NCBI GenBank assembly: GCA_016748015.1
Contig: JAAOMT010000786.1
Coordinates: 64,050 to 128,049 of the forward strand
Origin: Geosiphon pyriformis uo1
Lineage: Eukaryota; Fungi; Glomeromycota
DNA: 64,000 nt
Direction of reading: 5' to 3'
A model generated the notes under the pieces. That model saw only the letters and a list, made by a program, of their open reading frames with translations. It was not told where the DNA came from and searched no databases. A program made the translations under genes and the position numbers. Positions 39,400 to 52,240 of the stretch are shown here, one piece after another; position 1 is the stretch's first letter; each line of letters starts with the position of its first letter.

Positions 39400-42300
39400 C
39401 ATTAACTAATATATGTTGTTATCTTTGACTTTTTTTGGTCTCACATTTTGCTAATCAACTTTCTATGCAAATAATGCTAAACACCAATTAGATTACAAGA
39501 ATTTTTTGTGGATTATTCCAGAATTAATCAAAGTATTAGATGTCAATCTCTTGTTCTAGATTGGTATAGGCTACAAATTTTTCTAACTTAGGACTGTCAA
39601 GTGAGTTTTGTTGATTTATTGATTGATTTTGGTACTACTGATTCTCAATTTCCATTTTTCTTACCAAGTTTCTTTCATATTAACACTCTTTACAGTGCTG
39701 ACTTTGGCATGGAATAAGACAATTTTTGCAAAAGTAAGTGTTAATCTGGATGAGATACTATTCTTGTTCTTGGCAAGTGGGGCATAGTTGTTGATAGTTT
39801 TCCTGGAATTTGTCCAGTTGGTAACTTTGTCGGCTATTTCGGCTGACATTTTTTAATATCATATTTCTTTGGTGGTTCCTCTTCTTACTTTGGCTTGTGT
39901 GGTATTGTATAACTTGTCCTCATCATGTGGGTAGTGCTGCAGTCTTCTTAATGCTCTATTGAATGCTGCTTTAAACAGCATTTCTTCTCTTATCCAGTTA
40001 CAGATAAAGATTGTGTATTGGCAAGTTGTATCACACATTCTTTCTCTATCTAGCATGTCGATTCAGTTACACCCTTTTGGCAATAGTTCTCCACAAGCAA
40101 GACATGGTTTTTTGTCTCATTTTCTGTGTCTTTCTGGATAACCATATTTTTTTTTGTTACAATGGTTACAGTAGTAGTGGGTGGGGTTTCTTGGGTTTTT
40201 GTTTGGTGCACTGCACGCAGTCATAGACGAGAGTTTCTTATTGCAAACTAAACATTCTAGTTTTGGTCTGCATTACTGACAGCTTCTTCGTGGACTTACT
40301 TGGTTCCATTCAGATTTTTTTTCACTCCTCCAAGTTAATATGGCCAGTAGTCTTGTTCTTTGGTCATCAGCCCACAAGAGCTGATAAGTTTTGATGGCTG
40401 GTAGGACTGGATTTTTCTCGAATTTGAAGATAGGTCTTTGGTTGGTGCTGGGTTTTTGGAAGTGGCCACATGTGGCTGGAATTTTGGTATGGTGGCCATT
40501 ATAGCTGATAAGAAGTTCTTGGGTGGTCCAGTCTAGTGTGGCATTGGCTTTTGTTAGCCAGTCATTCTCTACTAACACTTGATATTATGTAGTATCCATT
40601 ATTAATACTTTTGTAGGTATTATTATGCCATTAATTTCAAAAAAAAATAAGTCAATTTTATCATGAGACAGCTTGGTACTATCTAAGATAAGTTTAATTG
40701 GGGTGTTGTTTACAATTGCTTCCATATACATAGTAGTGATTAGGCATTTTTCATCCAATACTGCTCCATTGAACATAGCTTTGTTTTCCTCTAATTCAAA
40801 AGAAAAAATGGCTGCAAGGCTGCTATTTTCAGTGACAACTACTGGTGGTATAGTTTGGCTCAAATTTTGATTTTTGGGCAAATTTTCAGTTTTGATTATG
40901 TTTCTACCATCATTGTTTCTGATGTTCAGATTTTCCAGTATATTAAGATAAGTTTGCTGATAATTTTGGTAGTTTAGATTGGCTTGCTGACTGGGTCCAG
41001 CGCAGTTTGGGTTTCTCTGAACCAATGCATTTTGATTCCACATGGGCTAATTTTGGGGCTCAAAACACCAATTTTGGTTGGCTACTATGGGCTGTTGCTG
41101 GTAAGTTCCTTGATTTTGGTACATGGTGGGGTATTGACATGGTATTGGTGTGTATTGATTCCTGGGCATTTGGGATGGCATGTAATAATTATTCTCACAT
41201 GCCTTGTACATCATTTGCATTTGACATTGACTAATCAAATGTCCTACATGTTTGCAAAAATAGCAGACACGTGTTTTTGTTCTGAAGTCCTGGCACAATG
41301 AGCAATTATTTTGGCTGCCACTGAATTCCTGGTTGCATCTCTGAGGTGGTTGGTATGTATTACTTCTTCCTGGGTCCAAGATGAAGTAACTTTTTATTTT
41401 CTTAGAGAGTTTCTTCCTTAATTGTGCTACTTTCTTCTCTAAAGTTTCTGTTTTGTTTTTCTCAATTACCATGTTAACTATTTGACTATGGTTAGCTTTT
41501 TTCTCAGCTGATTCAAGGGCTCTGGCAAGTGTAATGGCTTCTGGTAAGGAATTAGGGTGGGCAGGACATACTCTTTCTAAAATGCTGCTTGTTAATCCTC
41601 TAATAAATTGATTTAAAACCTGAGGCTCAGTGTAGTATTCTTGCTCAATTGCTTCAATCTGAAAGTAAATTCGATTAAATCAAGCAAGGTATTTGGTAAC
41701 AGTTTCACCTGTACCTTGCTTGATAGTATTGAATTCATTTTGCAATTGGATTATGGCATTTGGGTTGCTAAAATACTCCAAAAGTGTGTCTTTAAATTCA
41801 GCAAAGCTCATGAGTTTTGTTTCCAAGCTTTGATACTATGAGTCAACAGTGCTTTTTAGGAAGAAAGGTAACATTTGGATTGCTCTTTGATCATTCCAGT
41901 TATTTGTCTGGATGGTTTTTTGTGCTTCTCTGAGCCATGTGTACATGTCCGTTTCTTCTTTCTTTTCTGAAAAATCTGTTAATTGCACAATGTATGGTGT
42001 AGCTATTTTGTTGTTGTTTCCTGCTGGTGAATTTATTGGTCTAAGAAGAGGTGGAATGATATTTTCTTGAACATCTCTAAAAGTGGCTTCTTTTATATCT
42101 GGTTTTTTCTCTTGATTACGAGTTTCTTGGTTTTTGGACTGGCTGCTTGTTCTAGTGACTAGTCTTGTGCTTGTTTTTTCACTGGTTTCTTCAGATTTCG
42201 ATTCAGACTCCTCTTTACAGTTTTTAAACCTGCTCCGAATTTTGGTTGAAAAAAAGGTTTTTGAAATAGCAATGAATATTCTCCTGTAATTGGTATATCT

Positions 42301-43830
42301 CCCCAATTGCGTTGTTTGAGCTTCTCAATGTAATTAGGAGTTCTCGGTATTTGTGAGGTTGATGTGGATAATGATGCAGTTCCTAATAGGAGTTGGATTT
42401 TATTATCTGAGAAAAAATAGTAAGATCTTTCTTCTGGTGAATGAAGGTGTTGTTTCTTAACTGATTGCACAATGTTTTTCTTGGACATTTGGGCAAATGT
42501 TCCTAATTTTTACTGATTTTCTTTGTAATTAATTTCTGAATTGTGAACATATTCTCTGGTGTTCTTTGTAGATATTGAGTAATTTTTGTTGGCATATTGC
42601 TCAATTTTGCAATGAATTTGAACAATAGTCGTGGCTATTGCTATTGTTTTTTTTGTAGTAAATTAAGATAATTCCCTATATAATTGATGTTTTACATTGT
42701 TTGGTTTTTCTTTCCTTTCTATGTGATAATTTATTCTGGCATTAATGTAATAGATGAAGACATTTTCAGCTGGACAACACTCTTCTGGTAATCCAAAATC
42801 ACTTTGATGTTGTAAATAAAGGGCACAACAAAATTCAACAACAGTGAGGTTAGGAGTTTTTGTCGCCACTTTGGTTTTCCTTTTTTTTAGCAATGAATTA
42901 TTGCTAATTATTAGTTTTCTTTAATTTTTTTTTCTTGTAGGGTTTACCAAATGTTATGAAATGGTTTTCTTGGTATATTTAATTGCCAATATCCCATTTT
43001 AATTGCAATCAGTCTCTCGTGAGTTCCTCAATTTTATTTGTGTAATAATGTTACTGTTATACTGAAAGCTTTCTCTTTAATGTTGTAATGTAAGTTATTT
43101 CTCAATTCCTGATTGTTGTGTATGTTTATGTAATTCTTCCCAGAGACTGAACTGAAATCTACCCACTGTCTGGGGTCTTCTCTGAGGCTATTCTTGCAAT
43201 TGCCTAATGTGTTTCTCTAATCTAGAAACATGGAATGTTAATGGTCTTTAGCACTTTTCTTAATTCTCATAATAAAGCTTTTATCAATTAGTAACAATGT
43301 GAATAATCTTGATCAGAAATTATTCTTCCAAGGGATTCAGCTAATGAATGATAGTTTCATTCAATAAATAATACAAATAAGTTTCTTAATACTTTGGGTT
43401 GTGATCATTCAGTTTTCAATATTTTTTTTTATTTCTTTTTGATTAAAAGTTTTTGTGGATATTTATTTTAAAAGTAAAGACTAGAAGATAATTAAAGTGG
43501 AACTGTTGGATGAATTGTTTGATAACTTGGTTTTATGATTTGTTTTATGACTTGTTGTTTTTCTCAATATTAAAGCTACTGTATATATATATGTTTATAG
43601 TTCTATGAGAAAACACATTGTAATACTTTCTTTTTGGTATTTCAACCTAGTGTTTGCCACTATTACCAGTTAGTGTTGGCTGCTATTGTGAACTGGTGCT
43701 TGTCACTATTACAAGATAGTGCTTGCCACTATGTTAATCATTACCTTTCTAAGATTATTACTGTGCTATATTATGATTGGATAATTTATTTTATTTTATG
43801 ATTCTTTTGCTAAATTCTTGAACTGTAACA
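39400..43830 (-). mobile_element. Ty3/Gypsy element, family 2: 5' LTR, PBS, gag, protease, Cys-rich region; truncated before RT
   Basis: LTR 42952-43830; PBS TGGTAAACCCTAC; gag WLREAQKTIQTNNWND; knuckle CYFCKHVGHLISQC; protease LILDST..LVENDWL; Cys-rich block shared with the element at 1-700. Confidence 0.88.
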
Positions 43831-44490
43831 GTGATATCAAATGCTGTTTTAGCTGGAGTAAGGATGTCATTAAGAGTATTTAATAGCATTTGATATTCAG
43901 ATAATTTTGAAATAGTGGCAAATTGGATGAAATCTAACCACTGAATAAATGAATTAAAAATAGTAAATTCATAAAGATTACTTGTCTGTTTAAGGATAAA
44001 GGTTGGGGGTTTGAGAATACTTCTAACAGCAGTGACATAATATACAGAATTAGTTCTAAAAGACATTTTAAAAGAACTTCCAAATTATGTGTTGCTTTAA
44101 ATAATTAACTGATTCCTTGAATTTTATAAGATCGTTATTAAATTCTATAACTAAAAGTGCTAATCTGTTACCTTTAGTTTTCTCAAAATCCACTAAATAT
44201 TGTTTCTGAAAGAATAATATTAATGATAACCAGTGATTTATGTGCTCTGGTACATTAGTGTTAAAATACTTAGTAGTGATCTTCGGATCTCTATGGCGGA
44301 TTATTCTATAAATGTAGGATAAAATGCAATGGTGAGTCAATACAACTGCTAAATTGTTTATATCAATATGTAAACAAATATAAGACCAATGTTCTTCTTC
44401 AATTATGCAGAAGTAGTCACCAAGATCAGAAGTTTGTATTTCCAGGTTTTCCCAAAAGAATTGTAATAAAAAAGATAGCCTAGAACTTAC
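43831..44490 (-). pseudogene. Unidentified coding-like fragment (~220 codons, one frameshift) between two LTRs
   Basis: Open frames at about 44068-44490 and 43831-44066; no motif recognised. Confidence 0.35.
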
Positions 44491-44539
44491 TTAAGTTCAT
44501 TAAAAATAATAATAATAAAAGATTGTTGTTTTTTTTCTT

Positions 44540-44894
44540 AAGTTTGATAAGGTAAATAGATTAATATTTCTTTAATCAAGTAATAATAACATGAATTCGA
44601 TGATAATAGATAATTTTATTAATATGGGAATGATTCCACTTCAAATTATAGAAAACTATTTTTTGAAGGGAGGGGTATTGTTGAATTCTCCTGGAATTAC
44701 TTTTTCTGCTTTTAACACTCTCGCTATATATATATAATTTGTGTTATATAAAATTTTTGGGAATTCTGCAATTCTCCGAAAGAATTCTGAAATTCTGCAA
44801 TTCCCCAAGAGAATCCTGGAATTCCCCATTTTACTACACCTATTTCTGATTGGTTATTTTACCTATTATTATAATTCCTAATTTTTATAAGTAA
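44540..44894 (-). repeat. Partial LTR, family 1 (U3 end)
   Basis: Ends TATAAGTAACA; contains the GAATTC-rich array; homologous to 52241-52610. Confidence 0.8.
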
Positions 44895-45390
44895 CAGCAT
44901 TAATAACTTGGATCTAATACAGATTTTTATAGAAGCATTTTAAGTATGTGGAAAATCTTTTAGTATTACTTTGTTTGAAAGTAGTAAATCCAGTTAACAG
45001 TTGATTAATGTTATTATGATCACTAAAATATTGTAGAAAGTTTTGTTTAAAAGTGTCAAAAGTCTGAGACTTATTAATCAAGCTTTAATACCATAAATTA
45101 GCAGTATTTTGGAAAAAATATAAAATAGCTTATAGTATAGTAAACTTTCTTTATAGTCTCTCTGGTTATAATTATTATCTTCTTATAATCACATTTTTTT
45201 AAAAACCAAAACTATTTATATATAATATTATCTCCTTATAGTCATTTTTACTATATATATCTACTTATAGTCTCTATTCCCACAAATATGATAGCAAAAT
45301 ATAAGTAATTTCCACTCTTTATAGTTACACTATAATTATATGATATTAGATATGAACATCAGATGTTATTTTATATTTAATCGGACATAT

Positions 45391-47320
45391 ATAGTTAGGG
45401 AGATTTCCTGATTTGTCAATAAAAATTATTCTTTTTATGGTAATAAAAAAAATTAGAGAAGTTTCTGGAAACAATTGTAGAACACTAAACAAAATTTTTG
45501 AAATATTACAATATTTAATTACTCTTCTTCTTTATAAGCCACCACTGCCATCAGAAGACAATGATAGAACTATTATATCTGGCTTGTTGTTTGTGAGTAT
45601 TATGAGAGTTTTAATAATAGTTGACATATGGTACAATACTGCTGCTTTTGGTGCTTTGGAGACTGATGGTGCTTCAGAGGCTGGTAGTGCTTTAGAAGCT
45701 GTTGTTGCAGGTATTGATAAAGTTACTTTGGATCAAACTTTGGCTAACAAGATTACTTTTTCTCTGTATTGGGAGAAAGAATTAACAGATCTACAAGTGA
45801 AAATAATGGCCCAATAGGATCTTTCAGGAACAAGTTTGTTAATATGACATTGTTCGAGCAAATCAATTGGGAACAGAGTTCGAATTTATCTTTCCTTAAA
45901 AAAAGAAATGTGACCAGTAATAAAACTCAGAGCATAAAAATTCCAATATATATCCAATAAATATATTTTCACACCAACTTTGGCATTTGCGATTAAAAAA
46001 GAGCTTTATACTAACAATTATATTTATTATTCAACCAATATTTAGTATTAGCGAGTGAAAGTTTGACTGATAGTTTTAAAGATGTATTAAAAATCAACTT
46101 TTTTGGGGCAAATAAATTCGTGTTAAATGCTTTTCATAATCCAAACATAATCATACAGAATGGAGATTTAGATCTAAACTTAATATATTATGTTTTAAAA
46201 ATGCCAATTAAAAATAGTAATAAACCCAATCTAATGTAAACAAAACTGTATACAATACAATATATTTCTAACTTCTTGAAGGATATTTATTAGGCTGTCG
46301 CATGATTAACTTAATAAGTTTTAAAACCATAATTACTTAAAAGAGGTATTAAAGAGTTAATAAAAGATAATAGTTGTAATTTTATTAACAGATTTACATT
46401 TTTTGATGATCTGCTTCTTTACTTGTTACTGGAATTGGTTTCCAAGTATCTAACAATGTTTTTTTAATTCACTTTGCTTTAAGAAAGTCTATTTTTTTTA
46501 TTTGTGCAATTTTACTGAATTTTTTTATTTTTTCACTTAATATCTATTTATGATTAATATCACAAAAAACACGATTAGAAACATTTGGATTTACAAACTG
46601 TGTCTTTCTTATCTGAACTCGAAATTGATTTGATTCAGCAATAAAGCTAGAACATGTACAAGACCTGTATATTTTACTTTTAGAATATCCAATAATATTA
46701 AAGAAGTTAGTACACAATCTCTCAAATTTGATACAATTACACACTACAATTTCCCAATGCCATTGTGAAGGTGTAGAAGGAATCAACAATTTGAGTGTTT
46801 TGTTAATTTTTTTAAGTATTGCATCATGGCCTTGATGTTGATTTGAAAGTTTAGATCAAGAAATTACAATTTTTTCTTGAATCAGCTTGCAAACTTCAGG
46901 CTTCAATCATAGCCATTGTTCTTCATCAGCAATTTCAATTAATTGGTAAATAGGATGGCACCAAGCAGACCAAATTGGTGCAAACATTTGTCTAGCCATA
47001 AGTCTTAATAAAGACCTATTGAAACAAACTCCAGTGCAAAAGTTAATAATTGTTTGTAAATAAAAAAAGACTTGTTCATATTTTAACCTGAATGTAGGAT
47101 CTGTTTCATTTTGGGCCCATTCTAAGTAATCTTTAACAGATGGATTTTTCTTAGAAACAACATATAACCATATTAATTTGGAAGCCATTACATGTCTATA
47201 TATATTACATATCAAATTTTACAACTTATGATAATCAGGACATTTTTTAAAAAACTGCAGTTGACTTTCACTCTGATATCCCTGATATTGTACAAAGTAT
47301 TTTATATCAATATTCCAATT
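45391..47320. repeat. Repeat unit B: internally deleted copy of unit A
   Basis: Colinear with 34476-35290 and 36700-37806. Confidence 0.9.
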
Positions 47321-47704
47321 GATATAGACATTGCTGTATTTGGGAGGCTTAACAACATAACATTGTGCTATCTTCTATGCAATTATGTAAGTATGCGAAG
47401 AATCAAATTGACAATCTTTATTATTGATTATCAGTTGGGGATAAGAGGCAAAAAGTGTCACAGATGCATTATCAAAATTAGGTTTCTTTTTACCAAGAAT
47501 TTGTCATTTGCACTTAGAATTCTACAGTTGAATTAAAACTTTCATTTTTATAATTTGGCCACTTTTTATAATCTGAGGCATTTCATATAATATAAGACAC
47601 CTCACATGTCCAATTAAATATAAAGCAAAATGACATTTGAGACATAACAGATACATCAATACATTATAAAAACAAAATGCAATAAAAAGTGTGTTCTTAT
47701 TAAC

Positions 47705-49262
47705 ATGCCAAAAAATGCAAACCAAAAGCAAGCAGCAATCTCTTTGGAGACTAAAAAGACTCTCTGCCAGTACAAACTAGAGCATTCTGACTACTTAGCA
47801 AATAGACTTATTGAAATATTTAATCTAAAGGTTGACTGCTTCATTGTAACAAAGATACTTGCAAAATCAGACTGATGGATTGAAAAAAATATATCTGACA
47901 ACTCTGGTTAATTGACAAAGAACAAAAAAGAAATGTTTCTGAAGATAAATAATGCACTAGAAGAATAGATGCTTAGAACACTAGCTACCAACTGCATTCT
48001 TACTGGAAAAATTTTACAAACAAAAGCCCTCAAGTTTGCTGAAAAGTATTTGGAAAAAAATAACTTTAAAACATCAGATGGTTGGTTAGAAAAGTTCAAG
48101 AAACGTCATAATTTGCACCATATTAAGATGCATGGCAAAGCAAACAGTGCCCTCTTGGAAATTTTACCAGAGGAATGAGAAAAACTGCATAAAATTATCA
48201 ATAAATATGATCTAAATAATGTTACAATGCTGATGAGACAGCATTATTCTTTAAAATACCACCAAATGCAACTTTAACAACAAGATCTACCTTTGGCATC
48301 AAGCATGATAAAAGTTGAATTACCATACTTTTTGCTTGTAATAGAATAGGCAGCATTAAGTTGCAGTCTTTAATTATTGGCAAAGCCACAAAGCCACAAT
48401 GTTTTTGCAATATTAATATGAATGCACTTCTAATTACTTATTATTACAATACAAAAGCATGAATATGAACCAATATTTTTAGTAAATAGCTTAATTTATT
48501 AAATAAAAAAATGCATTACAAAAAAAAAAAATTTTGCTATTGCTTGATAATACTGGTCCCCATAATAGAAAACTTTCTGTATTATCTAATATTATGATTA
48601 AATACCTACCATCCAATACAACATTTCATTTGCAACCATTAGATGTAAGAATTATTGCATCTTTTAAGACACAATATTGAAAGTTGTTTCTTTTCCATCT
48701 TATTAATCAGTATGATGGCAAAATTTTAATATCAACAGTAATATTAAAGGATACAGTTGACTTTCTAATTGATGCATGGTTAGCAGTAACAACAACTACA
48801 ATTCAAAACTGTTGGCATCATATGGGAATTCTGAATAATAGTTAAATGTTAGCCCATTCATTAAATATTGAATAAGAACTCCTATAAGAAGTACAAGTTC
48901 TTATTAAGCATGTTGATATTGACAAGCTATTGGCAATAAACTTCATTAATATTGACAAGTTTGAACCATTATTTACTTATGCCTTAGAGAATGAAATTGT
49001 GGATCTTATTAACAACAAGTATAGTGGAAATTCTAATGCAAATAAAGATTTAGAAAGTAAATATAAAGATGAATCTTTGTTTTTGCTATCTACACATCAA
49101 GGTAAAACTGCACTTGAAGATACATTGTGCTATTGTGAAGAGCAGTATAGTGAAAAAGTTGATTCAGACTTTTTTAAAACTTTGAGAACATTAATTCATA
49201 ATACTGTTCTCAAAGTTCAAGAAGAGAAAAAACAGTTGCAAATAGATAGTTTTTTTAAATAA
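47705..49262 (+). pseudogene. pogo/CENP-B-like DDD transposase
   Basis: N-terminal HTH, FKTSDGWLEKFKKRH, NADETALF, LLLLDN..H, YLPSNTTFHLQPLD..II..FK, C-terminal QLQIDSFF. Several stops and frameshifts. Confidence 0.93.
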
Positions 49263-52240
49263 AATATATATAATTAGTTATTATATTATGCATTTAATAT
49301 ATAGATCATGTGATAAGATATTAATTATTTTTTATAGTCCCATTTTTCTATAGTCACCACAAATATGCTGACCAAAAGGTGTGATTATAAAGAGAGTTTA
49401 CTGTAATGGCTTTTATAATATCATTTAGTCAGGCTTAGATATTGTCTTCTTTGCTAGTGAATTTTTCTAATTTGGTAATTAATATGTATGTTATTGAGAT
49501 AAATAGTTATTGTTGTAATTGTTAAAAAATAGTTATTGGTACAATTAGTAGTAAATTGATTTTAATAACTAGAGATATGTTTGATTAAATAATAAGGATA
49601 AAGTTTGGATTGTTTGAATTTTGCTAAGTTTGAACAATTAAAGTTTGAATTTTCAGTTTATTTGAAATTGGGTTTTAACTATTATTTTCTTGATTACTGT
49701 TTTTTTAAAGTTCTAATAGTATTATTGGTTACAATTTAAATTCTTTAAAATAATTATTATAGGTTCTTAATAATTTGGTTTTTTCTTGTTTATTTTGAAA
49801 TAATACTCATGCTAATAATGTTTTTAATGTAAATACAACTGTTGATGTTATTTAAATAATATTTTTAAATATGTAATGATATGATAAGTTAATGAACAAA
49901 ATAACTTTTGGTTTTTTCCAAATAAATGATTGTATTTTCTTTAAAGTTTTTACTGGAATTTATAACTTTCTTTTGTTTGCAAAAATAATAAAAATTTTTT
50001 GTTTGGTGTAGTTTTTGATTTTGTAATTTATTTTTGTAATTATTAAGATAAAACTATGATTTATAAAAAACTAATGTGTTGTAATAACTTATTGTAAAAA
50101 TTTTTAATAGCAGTTTTTAAATCTTCTTAACCTTTTAAATAGTATATAATTTTTTTATTAATGTAAAAATTGAAGGCTAATTCTACTAGCCAATAATTAT
50201 TTGTTAGTTCAAGATAAGTTTAGTAATGTTAAAATAAAAATTTTGCAAATCTTAAGTAATTTTTTTCTATGATTTTTTGGTCTATCACTTTTTTAAATGG
50301 TTGTTAATAGTGTTTGTTTTTTGTTAGATTATATCTTATAAAGAACACTAAATGTTACAAATAATTATTAGAGTATTAAAATAAATAACAAACTTATAAC
50401 TTGGTATTTAATAGTTATTTTTAACATTAATAATTGTTAAAAGTAGTTTCTGAAGATTTTGGTTGAGTTTTTTGTATAATAAACAGTGATTTACTTGGTA
50501 GTTGTTTTCTAAATTTTTTTTTCCAGTGTAAAAGCCAGTTTAATTTGGCAGTTATGCTCTTTTGGTAAATTATTTTTAAGTTTTTACTCTTGTTTAATAA
50601 GTCTTTTACCAGACTATTTTTGATGTTAATATTTTAAAACTTAATTTTTTAATCAATTAATATATAACATAAAATAAAAAATAAAAAATAAAAAATAAAA
50701 GAAAATTAAAAGAAAATAAGAAAAGAAAATAAGAAATTAATATTTTGTTAATAGTTATAATCAAAAGCTATTGGTCTAATGTAGTTAAGTAGCAAATGTT
50801 ATTAGTATAAGTTGCTAATAAAATCAAAAAATAAAATTTTTACTTCAATAAAAAAAATAACATAAATTAGATAATAAACAATAATTTTATTTAATATTTA
50901 GATAATTTTATTTCAAGATATAAAATATTATTTTGTGAAAAAAGAGATAAATTATGAATATTTTTTGTTAACTAACTAAAAACTTGTCTGAATATGAGTT
51001 GGATAAATGATATCTAAACTATTTTTTTTACTTCTAATATCACTGTTATATATATATAATTCTTGTTATATAAGATCTTATATATTCTTATTTTTTTTTA
51101 TACTACTTTCTAGAACTGTATTTATTCTTAAACAATATGCCATAATTTTTTGAAAATATGCTCATTTTTGTAAATATGCATATTTCTGAAAATGTGCTTA
51201 CATATTGAGTACTATTTTTTTATTAACTTATTTTTTTGATCTGTTTTTTCTTATTTTTCTGTACCTTTTTTCTATAAGTAATAATAAATAAAATGTTTTA
51301 ATTCTAATAAAAAGAACATAATAAAAAGTGTTTTGAAAAAATTTTTTCATAAAATAATTTTGGATTATTTGGTTATTAAAAAAGAATTAATTCTAGAGCC
51401 AAATAAGATAAAACTTAAAGTTAATAAAATTATAATAAGTTAGATAAAAATGCAAAAAATATCTCTAATGCTGCTTGATATATGGTTTTATTAATATATA
51501 CTATTAAGTTATATAAAAAAAAGTGTTTTTTTTAATGTAATAAGTAAAATTAAGATAGATAAATTGGTTTTGATAATTGATAATCTGCTTAATAACAAAG
51601 CTGCTAATCTTTTTAATATATCAAATAAACTTTAAAAACATTATAATAATATAGTAATAAAATGCTTTTTGAATTTTTTGAAATTTTGTTAGACTTTTGG
51701 CAATACTCTAATTTTTTGAAAAAAGACATGAATTTTAATAATTTCCAAGTTTTATAATTAGAATGATGTTTTTACAAATATGCAGTCTATTGTACTTATT
51801 AAGACAACTAAGAAAATTTTGTTAATAATTTTTTCAAATCATATTTTTTTTGCTTATGATAAGTTTAATATTTTTTAAAATGCCAATTTTTTAGTTTTAA
51901 AAAGTACTTTGATTTAATTTTTTATGTTTGTTATTGGTTTAATAGTAGAATATACTTTAAAAAAAAGCTAAAAACTTTAATTAATTCTGCAAAATATGTA
52001 TAAAGCATATAATTTGGTTAATTAATATTATTTGGAAGCTAGATTAAAATATATTAAAATGTGTAATAAGTTTATTAAGTTTTTTGAAAATATATATATA
52101 AACAAAATTAACAGAATAATAACTGATTTTGGTTTTTTAGATAATTACAAAATACAAAATAAATTTAATTAGAGTAAAATGTTTTTTCTATTTTTTAAAG
52201 AATTTTTTATGATATATTATTGTATAAGATAAAAAAGCAT

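Larger units (their letters stand above)
34476..39400. mobile_element. Decayed repeat unit A: unknown plus-strand ORF and a convergent DUF6589-like (putative transposase) ORF on the minus strand
   Basis: Duplicated at 45391-47320 with a sharp shared start (C/T)AGTTAGGGAGATTTCCTG. Minus-strand motifs LVFDN, WIVVTYNEV, EMNMLKTFVELN, HDVILEEINK. Right boundary approximate. Confidence 0.6.
45138..49403 (+). mobile_element. pogo/Tigger (Tc1/mariner superfamily) DNA transposon with internal cargo
   Basis: TA|TAGTAAACTTTCTTTATAGTC ... GATTATAAAGAGAGTTTACTG|TA: matching TIRs with a TA duplication, plus repeated TATAGTC subterminal motifs. Confidence 0.82.
44895..51283 (-). mobile_element. Decayed Gypsy 5' half (LTR 50353-51283, PBS, gag), split by the pogo element
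   Basis: LTR with TGTTAC/GTAATA ends; PBS TAGTGTTCTTTATAAG. The gag at 49406-50340 and 44895-45135 is colinear with 53030-54310. Confidence 0.75.
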
